NCBI GenBank assembly: GCA_947479755.1
Contig: CANKAM010000011.1
Span: forward strand, 20,488-84,487
Direction: 5' to 3'
Origin: Bacteroidota bacterium
Lineage (GTDB): Bacteria > Bacteroidota > Bacteroidia > SXHM01
Length of the DNA stretch: 64,000 nt
Part shown: positions 18,500-27,386 of the stretch, piece after piece
Numbering within the stretch: position 1 is the first letter of the stretch
How the letters are laid out: the number at the start of each line of letters is the position of its first letter
The notes under the pieces: model-generated
What the model saw: only the letters and a program-made list of their open reading frames with translations
Told to the model about the DNA's origin: nothing
The model's database searches: none
Made by a program: the position numbers and the translations under genes

Positions 18500-19232
18500 A
18501 AACAGTTCTTTCATCTTTATTTTTCTGTTGGGTGCGCTTACTTCTTTTGCACAGACAAACGATTTTCAAACCTGGGCATGGGTTACATTGAAAACCGATA
18601 TTTCAAAAAAGTTCAGCGCAAGTGTTCAGTGTCAGTTACGGATGAAGGACAATTCAACGCGACCCGGCACCGTTTTTTTTGAGCCCGACCTTGGATTTAA
18701 AGTAAATAAATACCTGAAATTAGGTGTAGGATATCGTTTCTCTATGCGTTACAGTTCAGACAACATTAACACCACTGCGCACCGCTATAACATTGATGCC
18801 GAAGGCAGAAAAAAATTCGGCAAACTAACACTCAAGCTACGCACCCGTTTTCAGAAAGGTTTTACTGATTTAGTTTACAACGAAAATCGCGAACCCTACT
18901 CCTACCCTGCTTACAACCGCAACAAACTATCAATGGAATATGAAGTAAACAAACGCTTCAGTCCTTATGCAGAGTTTGAATTATTTCTACCGCTTAATAA
19001 CCCGCGCCAGCGCAATTTTGACCGCTACCGTGCAACCATCGGCTCTTCATTTGATTTAAAAAACCGCAACTCAATTGATTGTTTTTTTCGTGTGCAACAG
19101 GAGTTGAACACTGCCAATCCCAAAACAGATTTCATCATTGGTCTTGGCTATGCTTATGATGTAAAACTGAGTAAGAAGAAAAAGAAAGACAAGGATAAGA
19201 AAGAGGAAAAGCCTGATTCTAAAAAGAAATAA
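18486..19232 (+). CDS. Predicted outer-membrane beta-barrel protein (DUF2490-like), K/D-rich C-terminal tail
   Basis: Signal peptide MMTIRNSSFIFIFLLGALTSFAQ from the ATG at 18486. The ORF-track upstream extension overlaps DUF4956. Alternating hydrophobic beta-strand pattern (LGVGYRFSMRY, FDLKNRNSIDCFFRV, FIIGLGYAYDV). Confidence 0.45.
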   Translation: MMTIRNSSFIFIFLLGALTSFAQTNDFQTWAWVTLKTDISKKFSASVQCQLRMKDNSTRPGTVFFEPDLGFKVNKYLKLGVGYRFSMRYSSDNINTTAHRYNIDAEGRKKFGKLTLKLRTRFQKGFTDLVYNENREPYSYPAYNRNKLSMEYEVNKRFSPYAEFELFLPLNNPRQRNFDRYRATIGSSFDLKNRNSIDCFFRVQQELNTANPKTDFIIGLGYAYDVKLSKKKKKDKDKKEEKPDSKKK

Positions 19233-19238
19233 GATAGG

Positions 19239-21275
19239 ATGAAAAAGGCTATCATTTTAGTTGTTGTGCTTATCTCATTCAGCACGCTGCACATATCTGC
19301 ACAAACCTTTACAGGCAGCACCGGAACCATACTTGACGATGGCAGCGACAATTATTATCCTTTAACAGTAAGCGGTGTTGTTCCTGCAACGATGGATGCC
19401 AATTACGGACTGGAAACGGTTTGCATCAACCTTACCCATACCTGGGATGACGACATTGTTATTTCATTGATAGCACCTGACGGCAGTGAGTTTTTGCTGG
19501 CCGGCAGACTGGGCGGTGATGGCGACAACTATACCGATGCTTGCTTTAACTACAGTGCAGCCCAATACATTTATGAAGTGGGCGCACCCTTTACCGGAAC
19601 CTACAAACCGCAAGGAACCATGTCGGTAGTAAACAACGGACAAAATCCAAATGGCCTCTGGAAACTGCATATTTTAGATACCTATCCCTTTGCCGATACA
19701 GGCGATTTACTGGGTTGGTCGCTTACGTTTGGCAATAGTCCTGCAAGGCCTTTTCCTTTCAGTTCAACGCAACTGCCATTGGTATTAATACAAACAAGCG
19801 GTGGATTAATTCATGACGAGCCTAAGATTATGGCCGACATGAAGATTATCAGAAACGCCAACGGTGCGCCAAACTTCACAACCGATTTGCCAAACATTTA
19901 TAACGGCAAAATAGGAATTGAGCAGCGTGGAAACAGCTCGGGCGGAATGCCTAAAAAATCATACAACTTTGAAACACGCAACGCTGACAGCAGCAATCTT
20001 GATGTTTCGTTGCTTGATATGCCAATAGAAAACGACTGGACGTTGATTGCCAACTATTCTGACAAAACGTTGTTACGCAATTATTACAGCTACCGTCTTT
20101 TCCGTAAAATGGGACACTGGGCTCCGCGCATGGAATTTTGCGAGGTACTTATTGACGGAGAGTATCAGGGCATTTACCTACTGGGCGAGCGGATAAAGAA
20201 AGATTCCAGCCGTGTTGACATTGCAAGCAACACTATTGCAGACACCACTGGAGCTGAACTTACAGGCGGCTACATTTTTAAAGTGGATTGGATTGACGGG
20301 GGCGATGTGACCTGGCAATCTGAATTTCCTGATTTTAACAATGTAAATGCAATCACTTATATTCTTGATTATCCAAAGCCCGAAAATGTACAGCCTCAGC
20401 AGCTTGATTACATTAAGGCGTATGTTGACAGCTTTGAACTTGCCATGAATTCTCCTGATTTCAGCGATACCATTACCGGCTTCCGCAAATACATCAGTCA
20501 GCAGAGTTTTATTGATTACATCATTTTGGATGAGTTTACCAAAAACGTTGATGGCTACCGTTTGAGCACCTTTTTCTATAAAGAAAAGAACGGAAAAATA
20601 AAAGCCGGCCCTCCCTGGGATTATGACTTATCGTGGGGCAATGCCGACTACATGGACGGATGGTATCCGGGTGGGTGGGACTATGAAGCACAAACCACCT
20701 ATACCGACCAATGCCCATTCTGGTGGAGCCGCTTTTTCGAAGATGAATTATTTATGAACCGCCTGCGTTGCCGTTGGGAAGAGTTACGCCAAACGGCTTT
20801 AAACCCCGACACCATTAAAAGCGAGATTGATTCGCTGGCTGAAATACTGAGCGGGGCTACCGACCGGAACTTTACCAAATGGCCTATACTTGGGGTGTAT
20901 GTATGGCCCAACCCGCAACCTATTCCACAAGATTATCAGGGCGAAATTGATAAACTGAAAGACTGGACAGGCTTCCGAATTACGTGGCTGGACGAGCACT
21001 GGACAGGCACCTGCGATATTGTTACTGCAGTTGCTGAAAACGGTGATGAAAATAAAGCTGGTGTATATCCAAATCCTACTGACAATATTCTGAACTTCAG
21101 AGAAAAAAACGTGACTGAAATTATGGTCTGTAACTTAACAGGGCAAGCTGTTTTGAAAAAGAAAGTTAATAATAATGAACGTAAAGTCTACCTTGAAAAT
21201 CTTGCTTCAGGAAATTATATAATTCAGTTAATTTCTGAGGACAGAATTGTAAGATATAAGTTTGTTAAGCAATAG
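19239..21275 (+). CDS. Secreted CotH-family atypical kinase with an N-terminal P-domain-like beta-sandwich and a C-terminal T9SS sorting domain
   Basis: Signal peptide. P-domain-like region VCINLTHTWDDDIVISLIAPDGSEFLL...GLWKLHILDTYPFADTGDLLGWSLTF. CotH core KKSYNFETRN...KTLLRNYYSYRLFRKMGHWAPRMEFCEVLIDGEYQGIYLLGERIKKD...WDYDLSWGN. T9SS CTD GVYPNPTDNILNF...YKFVKQ. Confidence 0.75.
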   Translation: MKKAIILVVVLISFSTLHISAQTFTGSTGTILDDGSDNYYPLTVSGVVPATMDANYGLETVCINLTHTWDDDIVISLIAPDGSEFLLAGRLGGDGDNYTDACFNYSAAQYIYEVGAPFTGTYKPQGTMSVVNNGQNPNGLWKLHILDTYPFADTGDLLGWSLTFGNSPARPFPFSSTQLPLVLIQTSGGLIHDEPKIMADMKIIRNANGAPNFTTDLPNIYNGKIGIEQRGNSSGGMPKKSYNFETRNADSSNLDVSLLDMPIENDWTLIANYSDKTLLRNYYSYRLFRKMGHWAPRMEFCEVLIDGEYQGIYLLGERIKKDSSRVDIASNTIADTTGAELTGGYIFKVDWIDGGDVTWQSEFPDFNNVNAITYILDYPKPENVQPQQLDYIKAYVDSFELAMNSPDFSDTITGFRKYISQQSFIDYIILDEFTKNVDGYRLSTFFYKEKNGKIKAGPPWDYDLSWGNADYMDGWYPGGWDYEAQTTYTDQCPFWWSRFFEDELFMNRLRCRWEELRQTALNPDTIKSEIDSLAEILSGATDRNFTKWPILGVYVWPNPQPIPQDYQGEIDKLKDWTGFRITWLDEHWTGTCDIVTAVAENGDENKAGVYPNPTDNILNFREKNVTEIMVCNLTGQAVLKKKVNNNERKVYLENLASGNYIIQLISEDRIVRYKFVKQ

Positions 21276-21277
21276 AC

Positions 21278-22375
21278 TTACACATTAAACCTGAAGTGCA
21301 TCACATCCCCATCCCCTACTACATACTCCTTACCTTCAATGGTAAGTTTTCCGTTTTCGCGGGCAGCGGCCTCTGAGCCAAAGGTTACAAAGTCGTTGTA
21401 TTTAATAGTCTCGGCACGGATAAATCCTTTCTCAAAATCGCTGTGGATAACACCGGCAGCCTGCGGGGCAGTCATGCCTTTGGTAATGGTCCATGCACGC
21501 ACTTCTTTTACCCCTGCAGTGAAATACGTTGAAAGATTAAGCAGGCGGTAAGCCGCTTTAATCAATTTATTTACTCCGGGTTCGCTTAAACCTAAGTCAG
21601 CAAGAAATTCCTTGCGGTCGTCAGGGCTATCCATTGATGCAATTTCTGATTCAATAGCAGCAGAAATCAGGAGCACTTCGGCACCTTCGTTCTTCACTGC
21701 TTCTTTTACTACCTCTGAATGTTTATTTCCGTTCACTACCGAAGCCTCATCCACATTGCAAACGTAAAGCATCGGCTTGTCGGTAAGCAAATGAATGTCG
21801 TCAATAACAAAACGGTCTTTACCCTCAACAGGTGCGCTGCGGGCAGATTTACCTTGCTCTAAGTGGTTCTTGAAGATGCTTAATAACTCGTATTCTTTCT
21901 TGGCATCTTTATCACCCGTTTTTGCAGAACGCTCCAGTTTTTGCATTTTTTTCTCCACCGATTCCAAGTCTTTCAATTGCAACTCAAAATCGATAGTTTC
22001 TTTATCACGGATAGGATTTACAGAGCCATCAACGTGAACAACATTTCCATCGTCAAAGCAGCGCAGTACATGAATAATGGCGTTGGTATCTCTGATGTTA
22101 GCAAGGAATTTATTTCCCAGTCCTTCACCTTTACTCGCTCCTTTCACCAGACCTGCAATATCTACAATCTCAATAACGGTAGGCACTACACGCTCAGGTT
22201 TTACAAACTCACTCAGCTTGTTGAGCCGCTCGTCAGGAACGGTAATCACTCCCACATTCGGCTCAATGGTGCAGAACGGAAAATTAGCCGCCTGCGCCTT
22301 GGCATTTGATAAACAGTTAAACAAGGTTGATTTACCCACGTTTGGCAAACCCACTATTCCGCATTGTAATCCCAT
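21278..22375 (-). CDS. ychF: Ribosome-binding ATPase YchF
   Basis: MGLQCGIVGLPNVGKSTLFN (G1), DIAGLV (G3), and the C-terminal TGS domain text are all characteristic. 365 aa. Confidence 0.9.
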   Translation of the reverse strand: MGLQCGIVGLPNVGKSTLFNCLSNAKAQAANFPFCTIEPNVGVITVPDERLNKLSEFVKPERVVPTVIEIVDIAGLVKGASKGEGLGNKFLANIRDTNAIIHVLRCFDDGNVVHVDGSVNPIRDKETIDFELQLKDLESVEKKMQKLERSAKTGDKDAKKEYELLSIFKNHLEQGKSARSAPVEGKDRFVIDDIHLLTDKPMLYVCNVDEASVVNGNKHSEVVKEAVKNEGAEVLLISAAIESEIASMDSPDDRKEFLADLGLSEPGVNKLIKAAYRLLNLSTYFTAGVKEVRAWTITKGMTAPQAAGVIHSDFEKGFIRAETIKYNDFVTFGSEAAARENGKLTIEGKEYVVGDGDVMHFRFNV

Positions 22376-22396
22376 AGTTTATTTTTAAAAAGCGCG

Positions 22397-22404
22397 CAAA
22401 GATA
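22397..22404 (-). promoter_or_regulatory. Candidate -7 box (TATCTTTG on the minus strand) for ychF
   Basis: Plus-strand caaagata is the reverse complement of the TAnnTTTG consensus, about 20 nt upstream of the ychF start. Confidence 0.25.
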
Positions 22405-22471
22405 TATGAATTTTAACGCCCTAATTCTTTTCAAAAATTATTAACACACCAATTCTCACCTATCAATTAAA

Positions 22472-22479
22472 CTACTTTT
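22472..22479 (+). promoter_or_regulatory. Candidate -7 box TACTTTTG for the transketolase operon
   Basis: TAnnTTTG consensus 27 nt upstream of the ATG at 22507. Confidence 0.25.
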
Positions 22480-22506
22480 GAAACCTGAACAAATCCAACC
22501 CATCTT

Positions 22507-23352
22507 ATGCCAACTACAGACGAACTAAAACGTATTGCTTCTCAAACCAGACGCGACATTCTGCGCATGGTTCATGCCGTTAACTCAGGTCATCCAGGTG
22601 GCTCACTCGGTTGTACTGATTTTTTTGTAGCCCTTTATCATGAAGTTATGAAGCCTGATGCCAAAAACTTTACGATGGATGGCATTGGCGAAGATCTTTT
22701 CTTTCTTTCAAACGGGCATATTTCGGCTGTTTGGTATAGCGTTCTGGCGCATTACGGCTATTTCCCTGTAAGTGAACTGGCAACATTTCGTAAACTGAAT
22801 ACCCGTTTGCAGGGACACCCTACAACCCACGAAGGTTTACCGGGTGTGCGCATTGCTTCGGGTTCATTGGGGCAGGGACTTTCAGTAGGTATTGGTGCTG
22901 CGCTTGCTAAAAAACTGAACAACGATAAATCACTTATTTATACCCTGCATGGTGACGGTGAAATGCAGGAAGGACAAATTTGGGAAGCAGCTATGTACGC
23001 AGCTGCCAACAAAGTGGACAATATTATTGCTACAATTGACGTTAACGGAAGGCAGATAGATGGAGATACCGATCAGGTACTTAATATGGGCAGCCTTGAA
23101 GCAAAATGGCAGGCTTTTGGTTGGGATGTGATGCACATGAACGGAAATGATATGCAGGAAGTAGTAAATGGTTTGAACAAAGCCAAAACATTAACCGGCA
23201 AAGGGAAACCAGTTATGATTTTAATGAAAACCGAAATGGGAGCCGGAGTTGATTTCATGATGGGAAGTCATGAATGGCATGGTATAGCACCTAACGATGC
23301 TCAATTGGAAAAAGCTTTAGGTCAATTAGAACAAACACTTGGAGATTACTAA
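22507..23352 (+). CDS. Transketolase, N-terminal (TPP-binding) subunit of a split enzyme
   Basis: GHPGGSLG TPP motif, HGDGEMQEGQIWEA. 281 aa, the typical split-tkt N-subunit size. Confidence 0.85.
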   Translation: MPTTDELKRIASQTRRDILRMVHAVNSGHPGGSLGCTDFFVALYHEVMKPDAKNFTMDGIGEDLFFLSNGHISAVWYSVLAHYGYFPVSELATFRKLNTRLQGHPTTHEGLPGVRIASGSLGQGLSVGIGAALAKKLNNDKSLIYTLHGDGEMQEGQIWEAAMYAAANKVDNIIATIDVNGRQIDGDTDQVLNMGSLEAKWQAFGWDVMHMNGNDMQEVVNGLNKAKTLTGKGKPVMILMKTEMGAGVDFMMGSHEWHGIAPNDAQLEKALGQLEQTLGDY

Positions 23353-23392
23353 TAGAATAATGAATATCGAACAAGGAATATTGAATTTTGAA

Positions 23393-24787
23393 ATGAAGAA
23401 AATACTTCGCCATTCGTTATTCTTTGTTCTGTATTCACTGTTTTCCTTTTCTTCTTCGGCTCAGGAACCACAAAAAAAGCCTCAGCCACTTACCCGCATT
23501 TTATTTGTATTTGATGGTTCGCAAAGCATGTTCGGTCAATGGCAAAGCGGGATGAAAATTGATATTGCAAAAAAATTATTGGGCGAGTTACTTGACAGTT
23601 TGCAAACTGTGCCAAATATTGAGTTGGCGCTGCGTTGCTATGGGCACCAAAGCCAATATATATCAAGTTCACAGCGCGATTGCAAAGACACCAAACTGGA
23701 AGTCCCTTTTTATAAAAACAATATTCCTGCAATAAAAAACAAGATTAATTCCATAACCCCAAAAGGAACAACACCTATCGCCTATTCACTGGAACAAACC
23801 GGTAATGATTTTCCAAAATGTGATGACTGCCGCAACATCATTATCCTTATCACCGATGGCATAGAAGAATGCGATGGCGATCCTTGTGCAGTTTCTGCAG
23901 CCTTGCAGAAAAATGGAATTGTTCTTAAACCGTTTGTAATCGGTGTTGGTTTAGATGAAGACATACTGAAACAGTTTGATTGCGTTGGTAATTACTACGA
24001 TGCCAGCAACGAGAAAACATTTAAAACCGTTCTGAACGTAGTAATCTCACAAGCATTGAACAATACTACTGCACAAGTAAATTTACTTGACATTTACAGC
24101 AAGCCTACAGAAACCAACGTGAACATGACGTTCTATGATAGTTTTTCGGGCAAAATGAAATACAATTTCATTCACACTATTAATAACCGCGGCAACCCTG
24201 ACACCCTGATTATTGACCCCCTGCCTACTTATAAAATTGTAGTTCACACTATTCCCGAAGTTGTAAAAGACAGCATAAAACTTACTCCCGGAAAACACAC
24301 CATCATAGCCATTGATGCACCGCAAGGCGATTTAGAATTAAAAGTAAACGGCACAAGTGATTACAAAACTTTACAATGTATTATCCGCAAACAAGGCGAA
24401 ATGCAGACACTGAATATTCAGGAATTTAATCAGAAAGAGAAATATATTATTGGCAAATATGATGTGGAAATTTTGTGTCTCCCACGAATGTATGTATACA
24501 ATGTAGATATCTCGCAAAGCAAGACGACAACAGTTGCTATCCCACAACCGGGAAGAGCCAACATACTTAAAAACACTGCCGGATACGGAGGTGTTTATCT
24601 TGAAGGCAACAATAAACTTACCTTAGTATATAATCTGAAACCTGAAAATATTCAGGAAAACTTAGTGCTTCAACCCGGAAAATACCGCGCTGTTTTCCGT
24701 CCAAAAAACTCAAAAGAATCAGAATACACACTTGAAAAATCATTTACCATACTTTCGGGAAGTTCGGAAGTTGTAAAACTTTACTAA
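23393..24787 (+). CDS. Secreted von Willebrand factor type A (VWA) domain protein
   Basis: Signal peptide MKKILRHSLFFVLYSLFSFSSSAQ from the internal ATG at 23393; the ORF-track start at 23339 is TTG. MIDAS motif DGSQSM, then ...TPIAYSL...ITDGIE. About 300-aa beta-rich C-terminal region. Confidence 0.7.
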   Translation: MKKILRHSLFFVLYSLFSFSSSAQEPQKKPQPLTRILFVFDGSQSMFGQWQSGMKIDIAKKLLGELLDSLQTVPNIELALRCYGHQSQYISSSQRDCKDTKLEVPFYKNNIPAIKNKINSITPKGTTPIAYSLEQTGNDFPKCDDCRNIIILITDGIEECDGDPCAVSAALQKNGIVLKPFVIGVGLDEDILKQFDCVGNYYDASNEKTFKTVLNVVISQALNNTTAQVNLLDIYSKPTETNVNMTFYDSFSGKMKYNFIHTINNRGNPDTLIIDPLPTYKIVVHTIPEVVKDSIKLTPGKHTIIAIDAPQGDLELKVNGTSDYKTLQCIIRKQGEMQTLNIQEFNQKEKYIIGKYDVEILCLPRMYVYNVDISQSKTTTVAIPQPGRANILKNTAGYGGVYLEGNNKLTLVYNLKPENIQENLVLQPGKYRAVFRPKNSKESEYTLEKSFTILSGSSEVVKLY

Positions 24788-24788
24788 C

Positions 24789-25772
24789 ATGGAAAAAACA
24801 CTACCTATGAGCATTGAAATAGTATCGGAAGATAAAGACACACGCAGCGGATTTGGTGCGGGTTTACATGAACTCGGAAAGAAAAACAAAAACGTAGTTG
24901 CGCTGTGTGCCGACCTTACCGGTTCACTGAAAATGGATGCCTTCAAAAAAGAATTCCCTGACCGCTTTTTTCAAGTTGGAATTGCAGAAGCCAATATGAT
25001 TGGTATTGCAGCGGGATTAACCATTGGAGGAAAAATTCCGTTCACCGGAACATTTGCAAACTTTTCTACAGGAAGAGTTTATGACCAAATACGTCAATCA
25101 GTTGCTTACTCAGACAAAAATGTAAAAATCTGTGCTTCACATGCAGGCTTAACATTGGGTGAAGACGGAGCTACTCACCAAATTCTAGAAGACATCGGCA
25201 TGATGAAAATGCTGCCGGGAATGAGTGTTATCAATCCTTGTGATTATAACCAGACAAAAGATGCAACACTTGCTATTGCCGATATTCACGGGCCTGTTTA
25301 CCTGCGCTTCGGAAGACCGAAAGTTCCAAATTTTACCGGAGGTCAATACCCGTTTGTGTTTGGCAAAGCCCTGAAATTCTTTGACGGTACAGATGTAACC
25401 ATCTTTGCAACCGGCCATATGGTATGGAAAGCGCTGGAAGCAAAAAAGATTTTAGAAGAAAAAGGAATCAGCGCTGAAATAATAAACATACACACGATTA
25501 AACCATTAGATGTGGAGGCTGTCATAGCATCAGTCAGGAAAACAAAAAGTGTGGTAACAGCAGAAGAACATCAGATGAACGGAGGACTTGGCGACAGCAT
25601 CGCTCAGGTTCTTGCGCAGCATTTTCCGGCTCCCATTGAAATGGTAGCGGTGAACGACAGTTTTGGCGAAAGCGGAACTCCGGAACAATTGCTCAAAAAA
25701 TACGGACTCGATACTCCCAATATAGTGCAGGCGGCAGAAAAAGTAATAGCGAGAAAAAACGCGGGAAATTAG
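24789..25772 (+). CDS. Transketolase, C-terminal (pyrimidine-binding) subunit
   Basis: FFQVGIAEANMIGIAAGL and EDGATHQILEDIGMM motifs of the transketolase Pyr and C-terminal domains. 327 aa. Confidence 0.85.
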   Translation: MEKTLPMSIEIVSEDKDTRSGFGAGLHELGKKNKNVVALCADLTGSLKMDAFKKEFPDRFFQVGIAEANMIGIAAGLTIGGKIPFTGTFANFSTGRVYDQIRQSVAYSDKNVKICASHAGLTLGEDGATHQILEDIGMMKMLPGMSVINPCDYNQTKDATLAIADIHGPVYLRFGRPKVPNFTGGQYPFVFGKALKFFDGTDVTIFATGHMVWKALEAKKILEEKGISAEIINIHTIKPLDVEAVIASVRKTKSVVTAEEHQMNGGLGDSIAQVLAQHFPAPIEMVAVNDSFGESGTPEQLLKKYGLDTPNIVQAAEKVIARKNAGN

Positions 25773-25840
25773 AATTCAGCAGTTCAGATGATGTGCTTAT
25801 AGCAGACACTTTTGTTTCCTTCAACATAAATTGAAACAGC

Positions 25841-26386
25841 ATGGAAACAGAAGACAAACAATTGCTCGAACAGTTTCGCAACGAGGGAACCCGCAACAGC
25901 GCATTTAATTCTATCCTCAGTAAATATCAGAAACGGCTTTACTGGCACATCCGCAAAATGGTCATCGACCATGATGATACGGATGACCTACTGCAAAACA
26001 CCTTTATAAAAGCTTGGAAAAATCTGGAAGATTTCCGGGAAGATGCTCAGCTTTATACCTGGCTGTATCGTATTGCTACCAACGAATGCCTGACTTTTCT
26101 GAAGAAGAAAAAAAACAGCAACACCATTTCCATCAATGAAGTGGAATATGGTCTGCACGAAAAAATTGACAGCGAACGAAACTACACAGGCGAAGAAATT
26201 CAGCGCAAGCTGCAGAAGGCAATTTTAACACTTCCCGAGAAACAAAGGCTTGTATTTAACATGAAATACTTTGACGCCATGAAATACGATGAAATGAGCG
26301 TGGTACTTGATACCTCAGTGGGCGCCTTGAAAGCATCTTACCATCATGCCGTTAAAAAAATCGAACATTTTATAACCAAGGATTAA
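25841..26386 (+). CDS. ECF-type RNA polymerase sigma factor (sigma-70 family group 4)
   Basis: Region 2 LLQNTFIKAWKNLEDFRE...TWLYRIATNECLTFLKKKK and region 4 LPEKQRLVFNMKYFDAMKYDEMS. Confidence 0.85.
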   Translation: METEDKQLLEQFRNEGTRNSAFNSILSKYQKRLYWHIRKMVIDHDDTDDLLQNTFIKAWKNLEDFREDAQLYTWLYRIATNECLTFLKKKKNSNTISINEVEYGLHEKIDSERNYTGEEIQRKLQKAILTLPEKQRLVFNMKYFDAMKYDEMSVVLDTSVGALKASYHHAVKKIEHFITKD

Positions 26387-26418
26387 ACCTTTTCAAACCA
26401 AATGAATCTTAGTAGCAA

Positions 26419-26907
26419 ATGAGCACGAAAAACAACGATACAGAATTTGATGACGGGAAGTTGGAGTATGAAAGTCCATTACTTTCAAAACTAAAACAAT
26501 CACCCATTGATTTTAAGGAGCCCGAAGGCTATTTTGAAGAGTTCAACCGCAAATTGAATGAGCGGATAAACTATGAACAGCCAGTTCTTACTCCGGTAAA
26601 AAAACGCGGTATTATCATCACGCTTTTACAACCGCGCTATGCCATTGCTGCAGCTTTAATAACAGCAATATGTATTATTGGCTTCAAGTTTATTAAAGAA
26701 GGAAAACCTTTAACTCAAAACGATATTGCAGAAGTAGTTTCATTCGAAAAAATTGAAAGTATGGATGAAGAAGTGTTGATAGAAGCTATTGAAATTGAAA
26801 CACTGGACGAAAACGAAATGCTGAATGAAGAAGAAATTACTAACGATGTAATTATTGACTACTTAGTTGAAAACGATATTGATTTGGATTTAATAAACGA
26901 ACTATAA
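26419..26907 (+). CDS. Putative anti-sigma factor (single-pass membrane protein with an acidic C-terminus)
   Basis: Immediately downstream of the ECF sigma gene. One TM helix (IAAALITAICIIGF). Assignment is by position only. Confidence 0.35.
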   Translation: MSTKNNDTEFDDGKLEYESPLLSKLKQSPIDFKEPEGYFEEFNRKLNERINYEQPVLTPVKKRGIIITLLQPRYAIAAALITAICIIGFKFIKEGKPLTQNDIAEVVSFEKIESMDEEVLIEAIEIETLDENEMLNEEEITNDVIIDYLVENDIDLDLINEL

Positions 26908-26918
26908 ATAATTAAAAC

Positions 26919-27386
26919 ATGAACACTTCAAAAATGAAAACCGCCTTACTGACATTAGTTACTATCATCGGCTTTACCGGAACTTCAATCGCTCAACCCG
27001 GACCAAAACACGAGGAGAAAAAAGAAAAAGTAGAAGCCATGAAAATTGGGTTCATCACGCAACAGATGAATCTTACACCTGAAGAAGCGCAGAAATTCTG
27101 GCCCGTTTATAATCAGATGAATAATGAAATTGAAAACCTTCGTAAAGAACGTCAGTTATCGCGCGAAAATGTCAAAGACAACTTTGAAACCATGACTGAC
27201 CCTGAATTTGAGAAATTAATCAACGATGAGTTAGCAAGCCGTCAAAAGGAATTTGATATTCAGAAAAAATACGTGGCACAGTTTAAAGCTGTGGTATCTA
27301 TAAAGAAAGTAGCGCAGTTCTACAGAGCAGAAGAACAGTTCAAGCGCAAACTGTTAGAGAAAATTCAGGAGAAGAAACAGGAGTAG
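26919..27386 (+). CDS. Periplasmic Spy/CpxP-like LTXXQ-motif protein
   Basis: Signal peptide. MNLTPEEAQKFWPVYNQ contains the LTxxQ motif. Helical K/E-rich protein in the third position of the ECF sigma operon, as is common in Bacteroidota. Confidence 0.45.
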   Translation: MNTSKMKTALLTLVTIIGFTGTSIAQPGPKHEEKKEKVEAMKIGFITQQMNLTPEEAQKFWPVYNQMNNEIENLRKERQLSRENVKDNFETMTDPEFEKLINDELASRQKEFDIQKKYVAQFKAVVSIKKVAQFYRAEEQFKRKLLEKIQEKKQE

